64,000 bases of DNA, from positions 16,058,001 through 16,122,000 of the forward strand of contig CM119381.1 of assembly GCA_051294905.1 (NCBI GenBank). Direction: 5' to 3'. Every line of letters begins with the position of its first letter. The stretch's first letter is position 1. Made by a program: the position numbers and the translations under genes. This stretch comes from Botryllus schlosseri (taxonomy: Eukaryota). Below are positions 35,195-51,206 of the stretch, in pieces. The notes beneath the pieces were generated by a model. It made no database searches. It had not been told where the DNA came from and saw nothing but the letters and a program-made list of their open reading frames with translations.

Positions 35195-38100
35195 CACATA
35201 TAGTTTAGTATTGCCATTGTGGGGTGGTTTTTAAATTATGAAAGACACATTTAAGCTAATTCGATAAAATGTATTGCTTTCAAACTCAGTAATATAGCAT
35301 TGCTTGGATATCTCCGAATTAAATAATCGGTCTGCAACTTGGTCGTGCTCGCCTATATTATAATATAATCTTTGACGGCAGAAATGGCTTGATGGAGTTT
35401 ATCACTTCGGTTCCTTCCATCACATGTCATTATGTGGTTATTGTTTGCAGAGTGGTTGAATGACTATATTTTAAAGCCACGACTGAGCTCATTGAGGATT
35501 CCCGGCACAGCGTACCCATCATTATTACATTGGTAACAACACAAATTTGAAAATGTGCTGTACCAGCGCACTCTATTAAACGATGCAATTCATGATAGCA
35601 AGGCGTATCGAATCACTTATTGAAGTATCTGATGAAAATAACGCTGATTTACAGGAGAACGCAAACCTCGAACAAGCTATCTAACGCTAGCGTGAAATTC
35701 CCATCTCGGCACACCAAAATCGTATTGGAAACAACTTCACTTTTTGGCAACATTAACCCACGAATTACGTAATCCTGGTGATTCTGATAGTTCTTCAACA
35801 ATTAGTACTTCGCCCAATTGACATCAAACGGGTTAAGACTTACTTCCAGGTGTCGATGAAAAACATCTGTTCTAATAATATTTTGTGTCGCCTATTTGTT
35901 TGCCGTAATGTGAAATTTCGTCACGACAATGTACCTTATCGTGACCAGATAATTTTCGGATCTACAATCTCTTGATAGACGATGATCGGAACATTCAGTG
36001 ACTACATCGTTAGGTAATAATTATGACATGCATTTAAAACTGACCCACGAGTTTGATAACCACCCGTTTCTTGCATCAGTGTTTCGTGAGTGTATAGAAA
36101 AAAATAGGTAATTGTAATTTTATTTCAACCATCACTAGCAATGGAATTTCACGGTTAGCTACTCATTGAATAGAATATAGATGGTACGGGATTGGGGGAA
36201 TCTCAATGTAGCGTATGACATCACATATAAAACGTGACGAATACTTGTGATACAAAACTATTATCTGTTATTTCAGCACTCTGAAAACGATTCGCTTGTT
36301 CCGTTCACCTTACTCAAACACTTGCATACAGTCTGTCTAGTATAGTATCCTAATTATTACATTGATTTTGGTGCCAAGAATCACATGGTAGCACACATGA
36401 AATCCCTATAGTTCTTGTTTAATCAATTAAACAATCATTGTAGTGAGTAAAGTCGGATTTTCATCAAATTTTTCAATTGCAAATCCTAACCGAGCCAGAT
36501 GCAAATTCATTCGCGCTTCAAAGATCCAAATTTCAACTCCGACTCCGAACCACTTGAGAGATCTGATTATAAAATGCGAAAGTCCCCATTTCCAACGTTG
36601 ACAATATTATAAAATGAAAGGACCAGGTATGGCAAACTAGCAAACATACAATTGGGAAATAAGTCATGGATGAACATAGTTCGGAAAATTTCACTCAAAC
36701 AAACTCCGAGTGCAATGCTAACTACAATCCGAACCTGAATTTCGCTTATCTACATCATTTACTAATCACGAACTGGATTATTATTTCAATCGTTTGGATA
36801 TTTCGAGGCGAACGCCTCTCCCATTCCAAGCGCTAGAAATGCTATTTTTAATATCGATACTTTATAATTATTGATGCCATACCTATATGTAATCAGGCTA
36901 CAGGCTATCATTTAATCTGGAATGCGAGGTTCTGGCGTTTTACTAATTATCCGTCCAAGTCATGCGGCGACGCGCTGAATTTGTAACTGCTGTATTTCAA
37001 TTTACTGCGATTAATGATATTATCTTCCGTCACTTTGTGAGTGCATCCTCGTAATCAGGACTTCAGGAATTAAATAATACGCATATAACAATCATACATT
37101 CTGTTCACTAATTTTATGTTGCAGGCCGCGTTGAGCTTACCGCATGCCGCGATAAGCAAAGGTATATTACGATATTTACCTATGCGCGAGCCGCGACAAT
37201 TTCCTCAACGTTGAGCATTTTTCAGAAGTCTTTGCGAGGAACAAAATGGCGATATCCATAAGCTGTCTCGGAAATGTCAATACCTAAATACAACGCAATT
37301 GACGTCACAAATTTCATGATATGGCAAGGATTCTATACGCCCCGTATCTTGCATATGTTTGGTAACTGTGTACGCATAAAGTAATTTTATTGGACACTGT
37401 AAAGCCCCACTTCGCATTGATGTATCCGACACATTCAAATGGAAATCATTCCTCACTCGATGGAAGACTTGTTTAAAGTTTGTTTGAAATACTGTAAAGA
37501 CTATTTAACGAAAATTTTCTCTCCTTGTAAACAAATCAGCAGTTGGATATTACAATATTTATTTTAATTTCTCGGTGTCACGCTTTGTTGACGATATTTA
37601 ATTTAAATATTTTCGCTCCACTTTTAGTTAATTACACGGCCTCTTATGGTCATTGTAACTACTTCACATCACTCAAATATGGTTTGTCGGGAACAGAAAA
37701 AGGAAGTTGAGGAATAAATAAATTGGAACTTGCTGAATGGTAGAAAAATACCGATTCCACAGAGATATCAAAGCATTGCGAATTTAAAAAAAAATCTTGC
37801 TTGACGAAATTTATCTGCATTGATCGAAATAAATAATTATTTCACACTCTTGTTAATTTCTAACGTTTCGACGTCTAAAGTAAAAATTAAAATGCTCACG
37901 AAGACAATTCTATCTTCTTTATATTTTTCCCCAATATATTTTTGAGCGTCCCAATTTTTAATAAAGGAAATAGAAACACGGATAATCGGTCTCGTATAGC
38001 GCGACGTACAGACCAGTAAGACCACGAAGAAAGTCGTACAGGTGTCAATTTCACGGTCGTTCAAGACCTGTCCGTTCTCACGTCCTGCGTATTGTACATC

Positions 38101-39431
38101 GGTTTATTGGTTATTTTCGGAGCATAAACGAAGAGATTCCTGTTATCACATTATTATTACTGCTGCATTAACGCGTTACCCCGATCACAACGCATCCAGG
38201 CCTGCAGTATACAGGTTCTCACGGAATCATTGATGGCCACAAAAAGCGCGGGGATTCACTGGTTAATCTCAAATGCCTCATGATTCGAGGAGGTTTCTGC
38301 TTTCGTCACAGGCATTAACGGCTTCGCACTGATAAGAAATCTCACGACACCTCTCTTTTTTCTGTTACACGTAAAAAACCGCGCAAAAGCGCGGAACACG
38401 TAGCCCGGGGCGTCACCTAAAATTCCTTGGAAATAGTCCGGTCTCTCTGCCCGTTTATCTGATTTGTTGGTAAAATATTGACTCGCTAAGGTATTATACG
38501 AAAGATGTCGAGCTATATCGCATGGAAGATATACTGGTGCTATAATTGGTCGCGAAAACGGAATCTCTGTGTTCAAGCAGTCGTCCTATCGTGGTAGCCG
38601 TTTGCAGCGTCTAGCGGACGTTTGATCGCATTTTTGTACCTCACTACACTCTATTGAGTTGGCTCGTGAATCCTTAGCAAATATATGGTTCAATAACTTC
38701 GTTACAATCTTCTGTGGTGATCAACTGCTGGAGATAAAAGATTTCATGGTTATATTTTTGTATCACACTATTTTTGCCGTAATTCTCGCAGCTCAATTCA
38801 TAATAGTAGAGTTTAACTTTAAGTATACATGCTACACAAATTGAAATACGCATCCTTACTGCACACGAGCACATGCACAGCCGCACATCTTTTGTTGGCG
38901 GCTGTGAAATTTATCGCTTTATCAAATGCAAGCGGAATAAATACTGCTCCTATGATTTAAAGTGTGAATGAATCAAAGCGATATGCATAATCTAAAAAAG
39001 ATTCCTGTACATGCCTCACCTCTAAAGGTTTTTCATCCTTTGGTAATAAACACCGCATATTTTTTATTACGCATGTTACCGAAGTCTTGACCAAAAACGT
39101 CAGAAACGCCATATCATGATCTTAGAAGACATTTCTTAAAATGAAAAGATAGGGTATTGTATAGTCAATATTATATATAGATATATCATGTAGATAGGCC
39201 ATATAAGCCTTGTCTCAAATTTCTCTTGTATAGTTGTAAAGTAGGGTCGACAATAAAAAATAGCCCTGAATCTAGTCCGAATACAACGTGCGGAAAATTA
39301 AAACTTGGCATCTTAATTTCTCTGAAACAGAATTTTTTGTGATACATCCGTTTAAATGGCATCCTAATGACGAATCGCATAAATGTAGCATTATATGATC
39401 AATTTAAATTTCAGGGAACATGTACTCAGTG

Positions 39432-39658
39432 CAGGGGTCGGCAAACGTTTTTGCTCTGCAGACCGGTTTCCAACTGATTTTTTCTTCGTGGACCGATCTT
39501 GATCGCAGCTTATACACTGTTAAGTAAGGTCACGAAAGGGTGTCCACTCTATCCAGTGAGGCAGCAACATACATGTTTGCAAAAGCATACGAATATTTCG
39601 CGGGCCAGTAACGAACTCCTCGCGGACCGGACCGCATGTAGGTTGGTGACCAGCACTG
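39432..39658. mobile_element. Degenerate hAT MITE
   Basis: Left end caggggtcggcaaac, GGACCG/GCGGGCC subterminal motifs, degraded right end, no TSD. Confidence 0.5.
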
Positions 39659-41255
39659 CTGCTGTACTGCATATGGTTTGGATTTCGTATCTGAAGGTTG
39701 GTTGCTTTTGAATATGAACTTGTGTCTGTTGAGACGTCTTAACTGGCAACGTAAATTGTTGTTGATCATTGTGGTCTTATAAATTGTAACTGGACCAAAG
39801 ATGAATACCACTGATTCATTGACTCTTTGGTTGATATCTTAATCGATGCAAAACACTATACTAAAACATAGCGATTCAATGAAAATATAGCAAGGAGTCG
39901 AACTGACTTTGAATAGACCACTGATCAGACAACCGGTTTTGGGATATAGATAGTGATATATATAATGCTATGTTACGAAATGAATCATGCATACAAGAGT
40001 GTGTTTTACACCCTAGAGGTGGTACTCGTGCACATAGAGCTCAGAATTATACCGCGGTGTCAATCAAACACAACATTTTAATCTAAATGCTTGACAAACT
40101 AGAAGAGGTACAAAGGGAACACACAAACAAGGAAATGCTGTTGACTCGCTAACAAATCCGATGAAATATTCGATCGACACCCCGAGAATGGGCTTCAATT
40201 TTGAAGTAGGTACTGTTCGTTCTGTGTGAATACACACTATTTTCACTGTGAGTGTGAACATATTTATATTCACATACCACATTCATTTTTTCAAATTCTG
40301 CTTGAAATCTCCCACATAAGATTAATAAATATTGAGTAATTTTGATGTATTCATATTTACGTACCTTATTCAACAATCCTTTTCTCATATCCAAAATTTA
40401 CTCAAATCCCTTGAGTTCACATAACAATGGACCTGGGCGCCTTCTCCAAGTGTAACTCGCCTACAAAGGAACAAGAATCCGTGAAAGTGTGAAAGTGGGT
40501 CGGCCTCCATCAAAAGATACCGAACACGCAAAATCGTGATACATTCCGCGACCGATTCAACTGAGTACCCCTGCGACATGACGTCACTCGCGAAAATGAC
40601 TGGCAGCCAACTGTCATCACGGAGCAGAACTCTGATAGAATTGGACAATGCTCGACACCTTTATTTTGATTGTCAATACGTAATGATGAGTGCGCGATGT
40701 GAGGTCACGGATATGCAGCCAGGAATACTGAGTCCGCTTGGAGCCTTTGGTTTTCTCATAACATGACTATGAGAACTTCATAAAGTTCGCCGGCGAAAAG
40801 TACCTATTATGTCTATTTGCTTTTATAGTTAAACGTAAGGTGGAAAACGGCGGCCGTAACGCCGGTTGAATCCTAAAACAAAAGGTTTAACTTTACAAAC
40901 AAACCACACGGGATTAGTGTCCTTTAAGTGCGAACAAGTACAAGTTTAAGCTGTTGTGACTTGATACGCGGTGAGGAACTGTTCTTGGCGTAGTCAAACA
41001 ACGGTATTGACAGTCAATAATTGATATCTGAGTTAACCGGCGTTTAATGGCGTGACTCGCTGTGGAATTTTACCAGTTGACCTACGCCGCTGTATGATCC
41101 ACTGTCCACCCTAATGTCAGCAGTGCAACGATTCAACATCTTAACGTCAAAGCATGTTCGAAGCATACTCGATCTAAGTAAGTAGGCTATTACTTGAATA
41201 CGAATGTTGAATCTCATAAATCTGCATACTATACAGGCGGAAATTCCAATGCAAT

Positions 41256-41460
41256 TGGCGATGTTCATTTAGTGATATATATACTTCAACCTGAAGCATA
41301 TCTAATGTCACCCAGATGCCTAAGTGTTGCAGGTTTATCTGGGTCCTCCTCGCCACGTCACCCGCGTAAGTGGTGTCTGATAAAAAGCCTAGAAGTGGGC
41401 CGTGGTACAAGTCGGTATCTACGAAGTCAAAAATAAAGCATATCGGCGTGGTGTAATATA
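41256..41460 (+). mobile_element. tRNA-derived SINE family A, degenerate
   Basis: Collinear with 53459-53740 (aggtttatctggg..ctcctcgcc...aaaagcctagaagtgggccgtg). Confidence 0.8.
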
Positions 41461-43535
41461 ATAGGATTACCATATTTTGAGAATCTGAAAAGAGGAAACT
41501 TTTTCAAAATTTGCAGGCTTACAATACCGGGGTAAAATCCGGAAAAATTGGTAAATTTATTACGAGTTTGTAGTTGGTTGACTAAAAAAACTAAATTAAA
41601 AAAGTTCGTCTTTATGGTTCATCTCCATGAGTGCTGATTTTTATTACCTCAGTCCAATTTCCACATACATTTAACCAAACTTTTTCAAAAAGAATACAAA
41701 TTCTCTAAAAAGAGGACATTTGGGCGTCCTCCGGGGACACTTTCGACACTTGGTTGATATCGAATTATCAAATTCTTGATATGAAATTTTCCTCACTCTT
41801 AGCAGTTTATGACTCTTATGACTTTTTCAAGTACCATTAAAGATAGACGAAATGCCAATAGTTTGATAACTTTACTATTGTTCGAAATTACAATGAAATG
41901 CCTGTCTTGACCGTCCAAATTTCGAGTCATATGATTTGGTCGAGTCATGCACAATGACTCGAGTACAACTCGAGTCAATACACAAATTGACTGAAGTCAA
42001 GTCATTCTTGGTATTATAAGAAAATGACTCGAGTCGTTACAACCCTGGTATCAACTTCATAAACAATAAGATCTCAAATTTATTAGCCATTCATCTCACG
42101 ATGAAACATAATGTGGTAATATGATTATAGCTTATAGTTGCTACACAGTTTTTAGGTGTCAATTTATGCATGCTATATTTCAATTCTCAATGTATTTATT
42201 TCATCACATTAACCACAGATTGAAAGTATATCATAAATGCCTTCTATATTTCTAAATTATGACTGTGGCAAGCCTATTTTGGTGGAATAATCAGAATGTA
42301 TTTTATTTTTTATCAAGCCATGGTGATTGTAAGTTAATTACAACATATGTCATGTCTGCCAACTTGTATGTTTGGTATTTGGAATAAGTCCTAGACACGA
42401 TTTGTATATAACAAAAGCTTTTATAGTTTTGTATTGTAACCTTGTAGAGCTGTGTTTAGTCCGCTACGGCAGGCAGTTATCGGCTTAACGGGATTAACGA
42501 GCTGTTTGCACTGTCAATACAAATTTTGTGACGTTTAATGGCTCGCGTCATAGGCTTCTACTTTCTCACATATGGAACCATGTAGAAATTCAGGATCTTC
42601 AGCCGCCGCGAAATCAAATGACTGTAGGTAAAATAAGATACGTCACAAATGGAATATAACGTTATAGGGGCGCTCTAACGGTGTCAATCTCAACACTCCA
42701 CTTAAAATGGTTTGGTTTGATTTTTGGTAAGCATTACTGATGTTTGTACACTTTAATAGGATTTTAGTGAATTATGCTTCTAATAAGTCACGACGTTTTG
42801 GAAATTGTTAGACGCATATCGACGAAAAATATAGATTAGACATAATAGCACTGCAAATATGACCCTAATTTCGAAACTACATTTCGTGATCGTGATACGT
42901 AGAAGGAAGTCTAAAATCTATCTCAGGAAGTACTACGGAATTGCATATCACGAAATTTGCAGTTTTCTGACTAAAATTGCATTAGGTCCAGTAAAATGTC
43001 ATTTTCAATTTTTCGTGTTTTTCGCGATGTCGCATCTATGGTTCAAAGTAACTAACAGTACGTGGTCGTTAACGTTGGCGCTTCCGCCCCTCAAGGGAGA
43101 TTTTCATTTTGAAGGGGGGGGGTAACCTGGGCGAAATGGGGGCTCGTGCGGGGCAAATCGTCGAAATCTCTAGTCCGATCCCGATCTTGTTTCTTCAAAA
43201 TGGAATCTGACTCCAATCCGACTCCGGTCAAAATGAAAATATCCTGCCCCCCCCCCCCAGGTTCTGATTAAATCCTACTCACTCGTTAGTACTCCGGCAC
43301 CATCAGAAATAGTACAAATAAAGCTCCGGTCCCTATCCGGCATTATAAGTAAAATTCTGAATCCGAATACGATCCAACTCCGCACAAAATTAAAAAAAAG
43401 TCTGGCAGATACCCAGTTCATGGACTATCCATGCCCCGCTATAATGAGGGCGCTGGGACGCTACGGTGTCGGTATTCCAATACAGTTCTCATTGAAAGTG
43501 TATCTTGGGTCACAATGATTAACTTTGCAGATTTT

Positions 43536-43810
43536 TCGTCAGGCGAATGTATAGTGGTCATAATAATAACGCCAGCGGTTTTGCGGGATAGAGTCCGAAC
43601 GATGACTCCAGAATTCCAGCCCAAGTGTTGGAGGTTTATCTGGGCTTCTCCTCGTCACGTGATCCGAGTAAACGGTGTCTTATAAAAGCCTAAAAGTGGG
43701 CCGTGCTACAAGTCGGTAAATACGGAATAAAAGAGTAAGAGTATCGGCCTGGTGTAGATTGACCATTGCAGTCGAAACACCATGAATATCAAACAAACAA
43801 ACAAACAAAC
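43536..43810 (+). mobile_element. tRNA-derived SINE family A, near full length
   Basis: Collinear with 53459-53740; (CAAA)n tail. Confidence 0.88.
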
Positions 43811-46800
43811 GAGTAGGCTACATACTATAGTTATATCTGAAATTAGTTGAGTGGTCATTCGTTGGGATTCAAGCCCGAAATATTTTCAATAGTCAAGTCC
43901 CTAGGATTTCGACAATATGGGTATTTCGTGAATTCGAATAGGTTACCCCGCGGGCGTGAGCCTAACCCAAACCTAGGCAGAAACGCGAACACGGTCACTG
44001 TCATAATTATCTTTCAACGAATGATTAACCTAGCAGCTGAGCCTTCACAAATTCGGGAGGTCGTCGTGTTTTCAATTCATTACGATACCGCCCATTGGGA
44101 TGTCTCGATATTCATTCTCTGAAATATTCGATCTTGTAATCGATCGAGGGAATAACTTTCACTGAGCTTGACCTTATTGCTCACGTCTTGGGTGTAATCG
44201 AATTTTGAAAAGTACATTAGTTCCAAGCGGACAATACTAGTGGAAGACTGTTCATTGTCATTTTTTAATCAGAACCGTGGATTCAAACGGAGGATTAGAA
44301 GCTAAACCTATTGTAGTGTTGCGCATCGAACTCGATACCCTTAATGCGCTTTGTTATACTTGCTGCTGGTAATTTATTAACAACTTATTAAACTGTGTAG
44401 ATTTGTAGGAGCATGCAGGTGAGAGAAAAATTGACTACCGGGTGATAGGTAAAGAATAAACAAGTAATTTTATTCGATCCAGCGATGATTCTAAGCACCA
44501 AAGTAGCTCAATTCTCAACGACTTCAAAATTCGTTCATCGGTCAACTTTTACGGACAAGGAAAAAATCATCGATGCATTGCATCGCTATTGCCCTACGAT
44601 CACTCAAAGCGCAACGTACATGCAGCTGCATCGCGGCCACGTACACTCGTACAGCCTAGTTTTCCCGCTGACAAAACAGCTGGGTTATTGCTACAAATGT
44701 AAACTATCAATAGCCGAACGTATGACCGATGATAAGAAACTTGTCGTATAGGGATCATGAACACACGACGCGTGCGTTTAAAAGAAGCATTATGCACGCT
44801 AATTTTCACAAAGCAGTGAGGAATAATGTGTGTGTTATAGAAGCCCTATAAAGCTGACGAGTGACACGGGACCCCCGATGGTAAACTATTGACCTTCTTT
44901 TTCAAGGTTTTAAGCGCGAGTATTTCAATCTGGTGGCCTGCAATTAGTTATTCCAAATTGATACCCATAATGACGGGCGTTTGTTGCAAATATTCCAAAA
45001 ATTACTGAAAGCCTTCTGTCACGTTGCGATCCAATCGAAGTTAATATGGCTCATATTATTAGCTACTTCTTATTTCCGTCGTGCACAGGTCGCTCACGGA
45101 GAGCTAATACATCGAAAATATAACGTGATACTATGCTAGCAATATTTATCCAAAATGTTGTGAGCGATTTCCCGTTTTCAATGAGCGCCGCACTTCGGTG
45201 GCTTTAAATGGACTATAATGTTGGAGAACGCCGTTTAATTGTCGTAAATTTGTGCCGAAGTCATGGCTCTATGACGTTCGCGATCGACAAACGCCATGAT
45301 AAATTTGAACGGTCATTGTAGCCGGCTTTATTCGACGATAGCCTACTTCTCAAATCACTCGGCTCGAAGAACATGTTTTTATATAATCGCCACCCGAAAT
45401 ATATACTGTCCACACCTGATAATTTCTGCCTAGACCATCATGCAATGCGATCGGATACGGACGTAAGTATATATACGAAACTCGGAGATTAGCAAGTGAT
45501 ATTTGCAAGGAAATGCCATTGATCTGCATTGTACCATGATCGCATAGTTTCCGAAGTGAAGGGATCGTTGAAGGTGACAGAATATACTTTAACAGTTCTA
45601 AGTATAGGAAGCGTCCGTGGTTCAGAGCGATATGCATGCAATCAACTCATAAGAAAATGCAACTAGCTGAGGGGTCACATGTTTATAATTAGGCTCGATA
45701 ATACTAGAGTTTAGTTCATGCATACTTTGTTCGATCTTATAACGAAAAAAGGTAGCATTTGCAATGTAGTATTCTCATTGCTGCAATCCAAATTTCTCTT
45801 CGTGTATTGCACCGGGTACATCGTTTCCTAGTTTTACGGAAATATAGGTCGGTAGGTATGACCACGAACAGATAAATTCAGTGAATATATACCACCCATT
45901 TTATGTGGAAAGAAGCCAGCAAAAGTGGATTGTGAATTTGATAAATAAAAGCCTACATGGGCGGTTATACGAAAGTAACACTAGCTCCCAGTATTATTGC
46001 GCAGGTCGCAATTGATATGTATTTTGTATAATTTTTTATTACATATAATTGATATATATGACGATAATATTTAAAACAGCGTGTCATACTTGACCGTCCA
46101 TGAGTTACTCTCCGCGCATTTCGGAAATCTTATTCTGGTTATCTTGACTCGGCTGCTTGTACTATAATTGGATATGTGGTAGGGGCATATGATTATTTTT
46201 CTGTAGCATCACTTCCGCTTGATATTATGCACGGATGTTACAGATGGCAGTATGCTTGGATTGGTTTGGCTATTGAGATTCACCTATAATCTATTGTTAC
46301 AATATCGCTGAAGAATTAACTGAAAGGGTGGTCAATTGGAGTATATTTCCGTCACGTGACACGAGCAGGAAAGGCATCCTGTTGCAATGTAAAATGTCGA
46401 ACGGGGAACGATATACACAGTATAATGTGTCTTTAAAACAACCAACGGTAATCTACCCCGGCTACCTCACCTCACGAGGTACGTCAGCTGACAACGCACC
46501 TTTTACGCATGGGATATTGGTCCTCATCGTTTCGGCACACTTGCAATGATCATTGAATTATAAAAGTAGCATAGCCGCAGGCCCAAACTAACCACCCACC
46601 CAGAATTACAAAGCTTGCCGGATTATTCATAACAACACTGCGCTCAACAGATATTACACCTGGCGCCTTTCAACTCTTTAAAGTAGCTTTGAATATCCTC
46701 GCAAATGAGTAAAAGATATGCTAAAACGTGTTCCGCATTTCCTGAAGAGGACAGATATACGTTCAGATCGGCCTGGCCTCGCACGGCGGGAGATCAGCTG

Positions 46801-49800
46801 CTCATACGTCGACAAGTCGACGTAACCTCCACCCATATTGTCGAAGTTGAAAAGTGATCAGATCTCAGGGCATACTATAAAGATGCCGAAGTACCAGGGC
46901 ACGATAATTGAGTCTAAGATTATAAACGACAATTTGTAATTACCTTACCTATAGTTCTGCTACAGCTTGACTAAATTTCAACTTGCATTAATTACACCTT
47001 GAATGTTTTCGCAATGTACTTTTCCTCTCATTTGGACATTATTGCATAGTCGTCTAGTTTTAGCTCGCTTTGATCGTACCTTCGCTCTCCAGCCCAACCC
47101 GTTACTCCAAATTGTGTGCAGATTGTGAGCGATTTTTCAGCAATGAAATGCTTATTATATTGCAGGAGATTGAAGTTGTCTAACCCGTGAGTGTAAAATT
47201 ACAGTGTGACAACAATCTTCATGCCGCGTAAAATCAACGCGAAATTAGCGATTCCATGGTTTCTTATAGAACTGCCGTCCACGAGAAATTCCAGACGCAT
47301 TTTGATGCCATTTTTGTAAAGCGCAAAACGTTTGCAGCTTTACTGCATTGTCGGAGCGCGACACCCGCGTGCCATGGCGGAATCTTGCTAATTTGCAAGC
47401 AGTTAAATAGAATTTATTGCCACCTAACAAATATGACTGAAGCATTAAATCTTATAAAATTATACACCGACCAAACGTTGAAATGATCTAATAACAACAT
47501 AATTACATCCCTTTATCTTATTACTAAGCTAGATAATTCCTCTGCGAGACTTGGATTCTGAATCTGACTGGCGGTTAACATGCACGCTGATAACCGTCGT
47601 TGGGCTGCTCTGTTTGTCATTTTTGCAAACGTACCACTGGTATCGTGATGGTTAGTCATAAACGTCGTAAATGCGAAACGCTTTTCGTCCAGAATTTCCG
47701 TGTCGGTTGATTCGGTGTGACATGCTTTGAATGACTCTGGTTCCGAAATATCGACCGGTGGGGTCGAGAAACGATCATATCTCGCGCTCCGTAAAATTTT
47801 GTGACATTGCCAGCAATTATGTGCGGCAAACGCGTCTAGTCGCGATACGTTCATCGAAATATGAACCGACGAATTTCAAGGGCTATATCCTATCTGGTCA
47901 AAAGTGACTGAGAACAATTGCTTCGGGTGGAGGGGAGAACAATTTAAAAAAATATTGTCACCTGACATCAGTGCGTAACTGTGTAGTGTGTATACATGAA
48001 GCGATCAGAGATTGTAATTGCTATCGCGTCGTTGGGCAATTCGTATCGACCTTCGCGTGCATCCAAGTTTATTCCGTGAAGGTTTGAAAGACATTTGTGA
48101 ATTTGCGATTCAAGCCTGACAATTATCTGTCTGCATATAGGCGTTACAAGTGAATGTCGCAGACATCACTCTTGAACTTCCTACCCCAATAGCACACGAC
48201 GGCCGGTGATTTGTCGCGCTCTCCGCGGCAAGGCAGACGAGTCTTTGCGTGCAACAATGCGCCAGACAACTTTTGTTTTACACGGCGAAAATCGCATGTT
48301 AATTGATCTATAAAGGTGCGCTGTAATGGAGTTAACAACCACCACGCTTGCAAAACGTCATCTTCAAAGGATTAACTGAGTAAATAGAAATTATAGATTT
48401 TTTGTGTTCCTAATGGTGATTTCGGAACGTCGGGTGGGCGCGATCTCATCAAAAATCGAGTACTTTGCATGCGCACTATCGAAAACATGCTTCACAAGCG
48501 TATTATTGCATCGCATTGAGCGAAATCATATTGCGCTTTTTCGACGGAATACTTTGTTTCCCTCAAAATGGTCGCGAGCGATACAGATCACGCCGCACGG
48601 CTAATGAATTGCGAGGCTGCAAAAAGGCTTATTATCTCTAAATCTAGCGAAGAGCGATGCTTCGCCGTCGCGATGCGAGCGATCGTTGAAACGAGAGCGG
48701 TCGCGAGATCAAGTTCAAGCCTTGCGACCCGAGAGAAAAGCACGTACGCTCGGAAGTTCCTGTACTGATTCGAAGCAAGAGCTAATAAGTCTGGTTAATG
48801 AGTGATAATGGAGACGATCCTGGCTGGGAGATGTGTAGCTGTGGACGCTGCGACCACGCGCCGGAGAGAAAAAAGAGCGCATCTATCTTATATCAACAGA
48901 AGTCGTCCTGATTTCATATAATTATAGAGGAATGTATAGTATATGGATGTGTCCGCCCCAACGCGCGCGAGTACAGTGTGGAGGTGAGCCTTATAGCCGG
49001 GCACCGCTACTTGGAAGATCCTATTTCTAATTGACGTAACGGTGTATTAAGATGGAGGATCTCACACCGAACCGTAACAAATCGAAAATCGGAGGCTATA
49101 ACGATATATGTCGTCTAAATAGTAGTATCCAATCCGGAGACGGTAGTTTTTCGTATATCCTGGATTTGAAATACGCGTATACAGCTGTTACAATGATTCT
49201 TTTCGTCAGTTTTATTGATTATCATCATATTGTACGTCTTAGTTAGATCTGTTTTATATCATAACAATTCGTATTCCAGGCGACAGAGTTGCACAGCTGC
49301 CAAAGGGCAAAAATATTGAATTTCAACAGTGCGCATATAGTCGTTGCTTATGCAACAAAATTAGTAAGTGAAATCCAAAATGGCGCCTAGCGTACAACGT
49401 TAGCTGGATACCCTTTCAATCAAGCGTACGAAGGTCTGGTAGTAAATATAAATTTATATACGGTCCCTTGCACCAACTAATCCTTAGATAAACTTTTATC
49501 AAACAGATGAAAACTCCCAAGAAATTATGCTCGTAAAATACAGGAGTGCGCAGTTAGCAGTATTTTAAGCGCCAGATTGAAAGCTTAGATAGCTCTTGTG
49601 TTAGTTTCCAACTCTCTAGAAACTTGATTTCGTGTCCAAAATGATCATGGACAAAATCATCTCGAAATATTGATGTTATCGTATGGTTCGACTCCAAGGG
49701 TAATAAATCGTGTTGTAACAGGACTGCGGCGGAGTGCCGACGAATTGTAACATTTGTAATGTTCATTATACAATATGTAAATAAGTTTATTATCCAATGT

Positions 49801-51102
49801 TATCTTTAAGACTTTATATCTACTATTTTACGATATTGTTCTCAAACCCACTCCAATTTCGGAAGTTCAGTCAATGTCCAAAATGGCGGCAAGACATTTC
49901 CACGATCAGCATGCATGGATTGTAGTTTTCACAGAATAGATCCGTAACCTGAGTGAGTGTTCGAAGGCATATTACCTGTGCGATATCTAAATGATTCGTT
50001 TTACAGATATTAACTTAACTAGGCCGACAGAGGCCCTATTTATTTTCTGCCGACATTTCGAACTTCAAACGCCAATTTGGACTTTACAACAGCACGATGA
50101 TGCACAGACCGGGCACCTTCCGTCCCGCATTTCCACTAGAAGGTAGGGAGATGTTATTTTCTTGATATTTAACTCCATCTGAATGTATAGCTCATTTTAA
50201 TACATTTCACAGTAATCCGCTGTTTCAAGTTCGTTTGAGGATGCCATGGGCGAAACCGCTTTGATAAATTTACGCATGTTGACGCCTTGCAGTCTCCCGT
50301 CTTCGTCAATTTATGCCTGTCTGTTTTTGTTAACTAGTTATCTACATTATCTCAACTATTTCTCGAGATACACCCGTCGAATGTATTCGGAATATCCCAG
50401 TATCGATGATTCTAAGATAGCAAGCGTTAGCATAGCAAGGTTGTACAAGTCTTTGTGGGCTGGATTAGCAAGATTGACGGGCAAATGATCCACTAACGTA
50501 TAGTATCTCGCGATACGAATCTTCCGCGTGAACTTGCGATGCACCCGATTCCACCCCATAATATTGTTAGCACGCGGATAATACCCACCATGCATCTGTA
50601 GCTGCATGTGCATTTGGAATTTGCGTTGTACACGGTGAACTTTTCCTGACTCCTTTGTAACAATTGTATATTTTTGTTTACCTTAAAACGGTTGATCGCG
50701 TGGATTGATCGGAAAAGTGAGCGATGTAAAACTTGAAATTTTCGCTCGGCACTGTGACGCCGTGAGGTCTTGTATTTCTGATTTGTTTGATGACTGACAA
50801 ACAAACAACCTCTATAAAATAGCGCAAACTCATGTTTGTGATAGAATTGGATGTTTCCTGTAATAAAATGGTTATAGCACTAAAAGTAAAGTATCTCGAT
50901 TTTTGTATGAGTGTATTTATATATTGTGTTTAATTACGCGAACTTCCGATAGTTATCATGCAGCTATGCTACTACAAATCTATAAAGGAGGTATTTTCAG
51001 GACCTTTCTTCTCAAGTCATGTCAAATTTTGCGCCATGCATCAACCATTGCGGTCATTTGTCACTGTGTGCAATTCGACAGCATAAAACACATGTGATGA
51101 GA

Positions 51103-51206
51103 GTATTGTTGTTTTAGTACTGTGTTTCGGCTATACAATGGTCATTCACACCAGGCTGATATTCTTTGATTCCGTATCTGCCGAATTATAGCACGACCCA
51201 GATCTA
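51103..51206 (-). mobile_element. SINE family A, 3' fragment
   Basis: The reverse complement matches the family A 3' third and its tail. Confidence 0.75.

Noticed and set aside
41890-42047. GACTCGAGTC-repeat element ending ...gttacaaccctg
   Set aside because: Only the right end is visible, with no left TIR or TSD, so its limits cannot be supported
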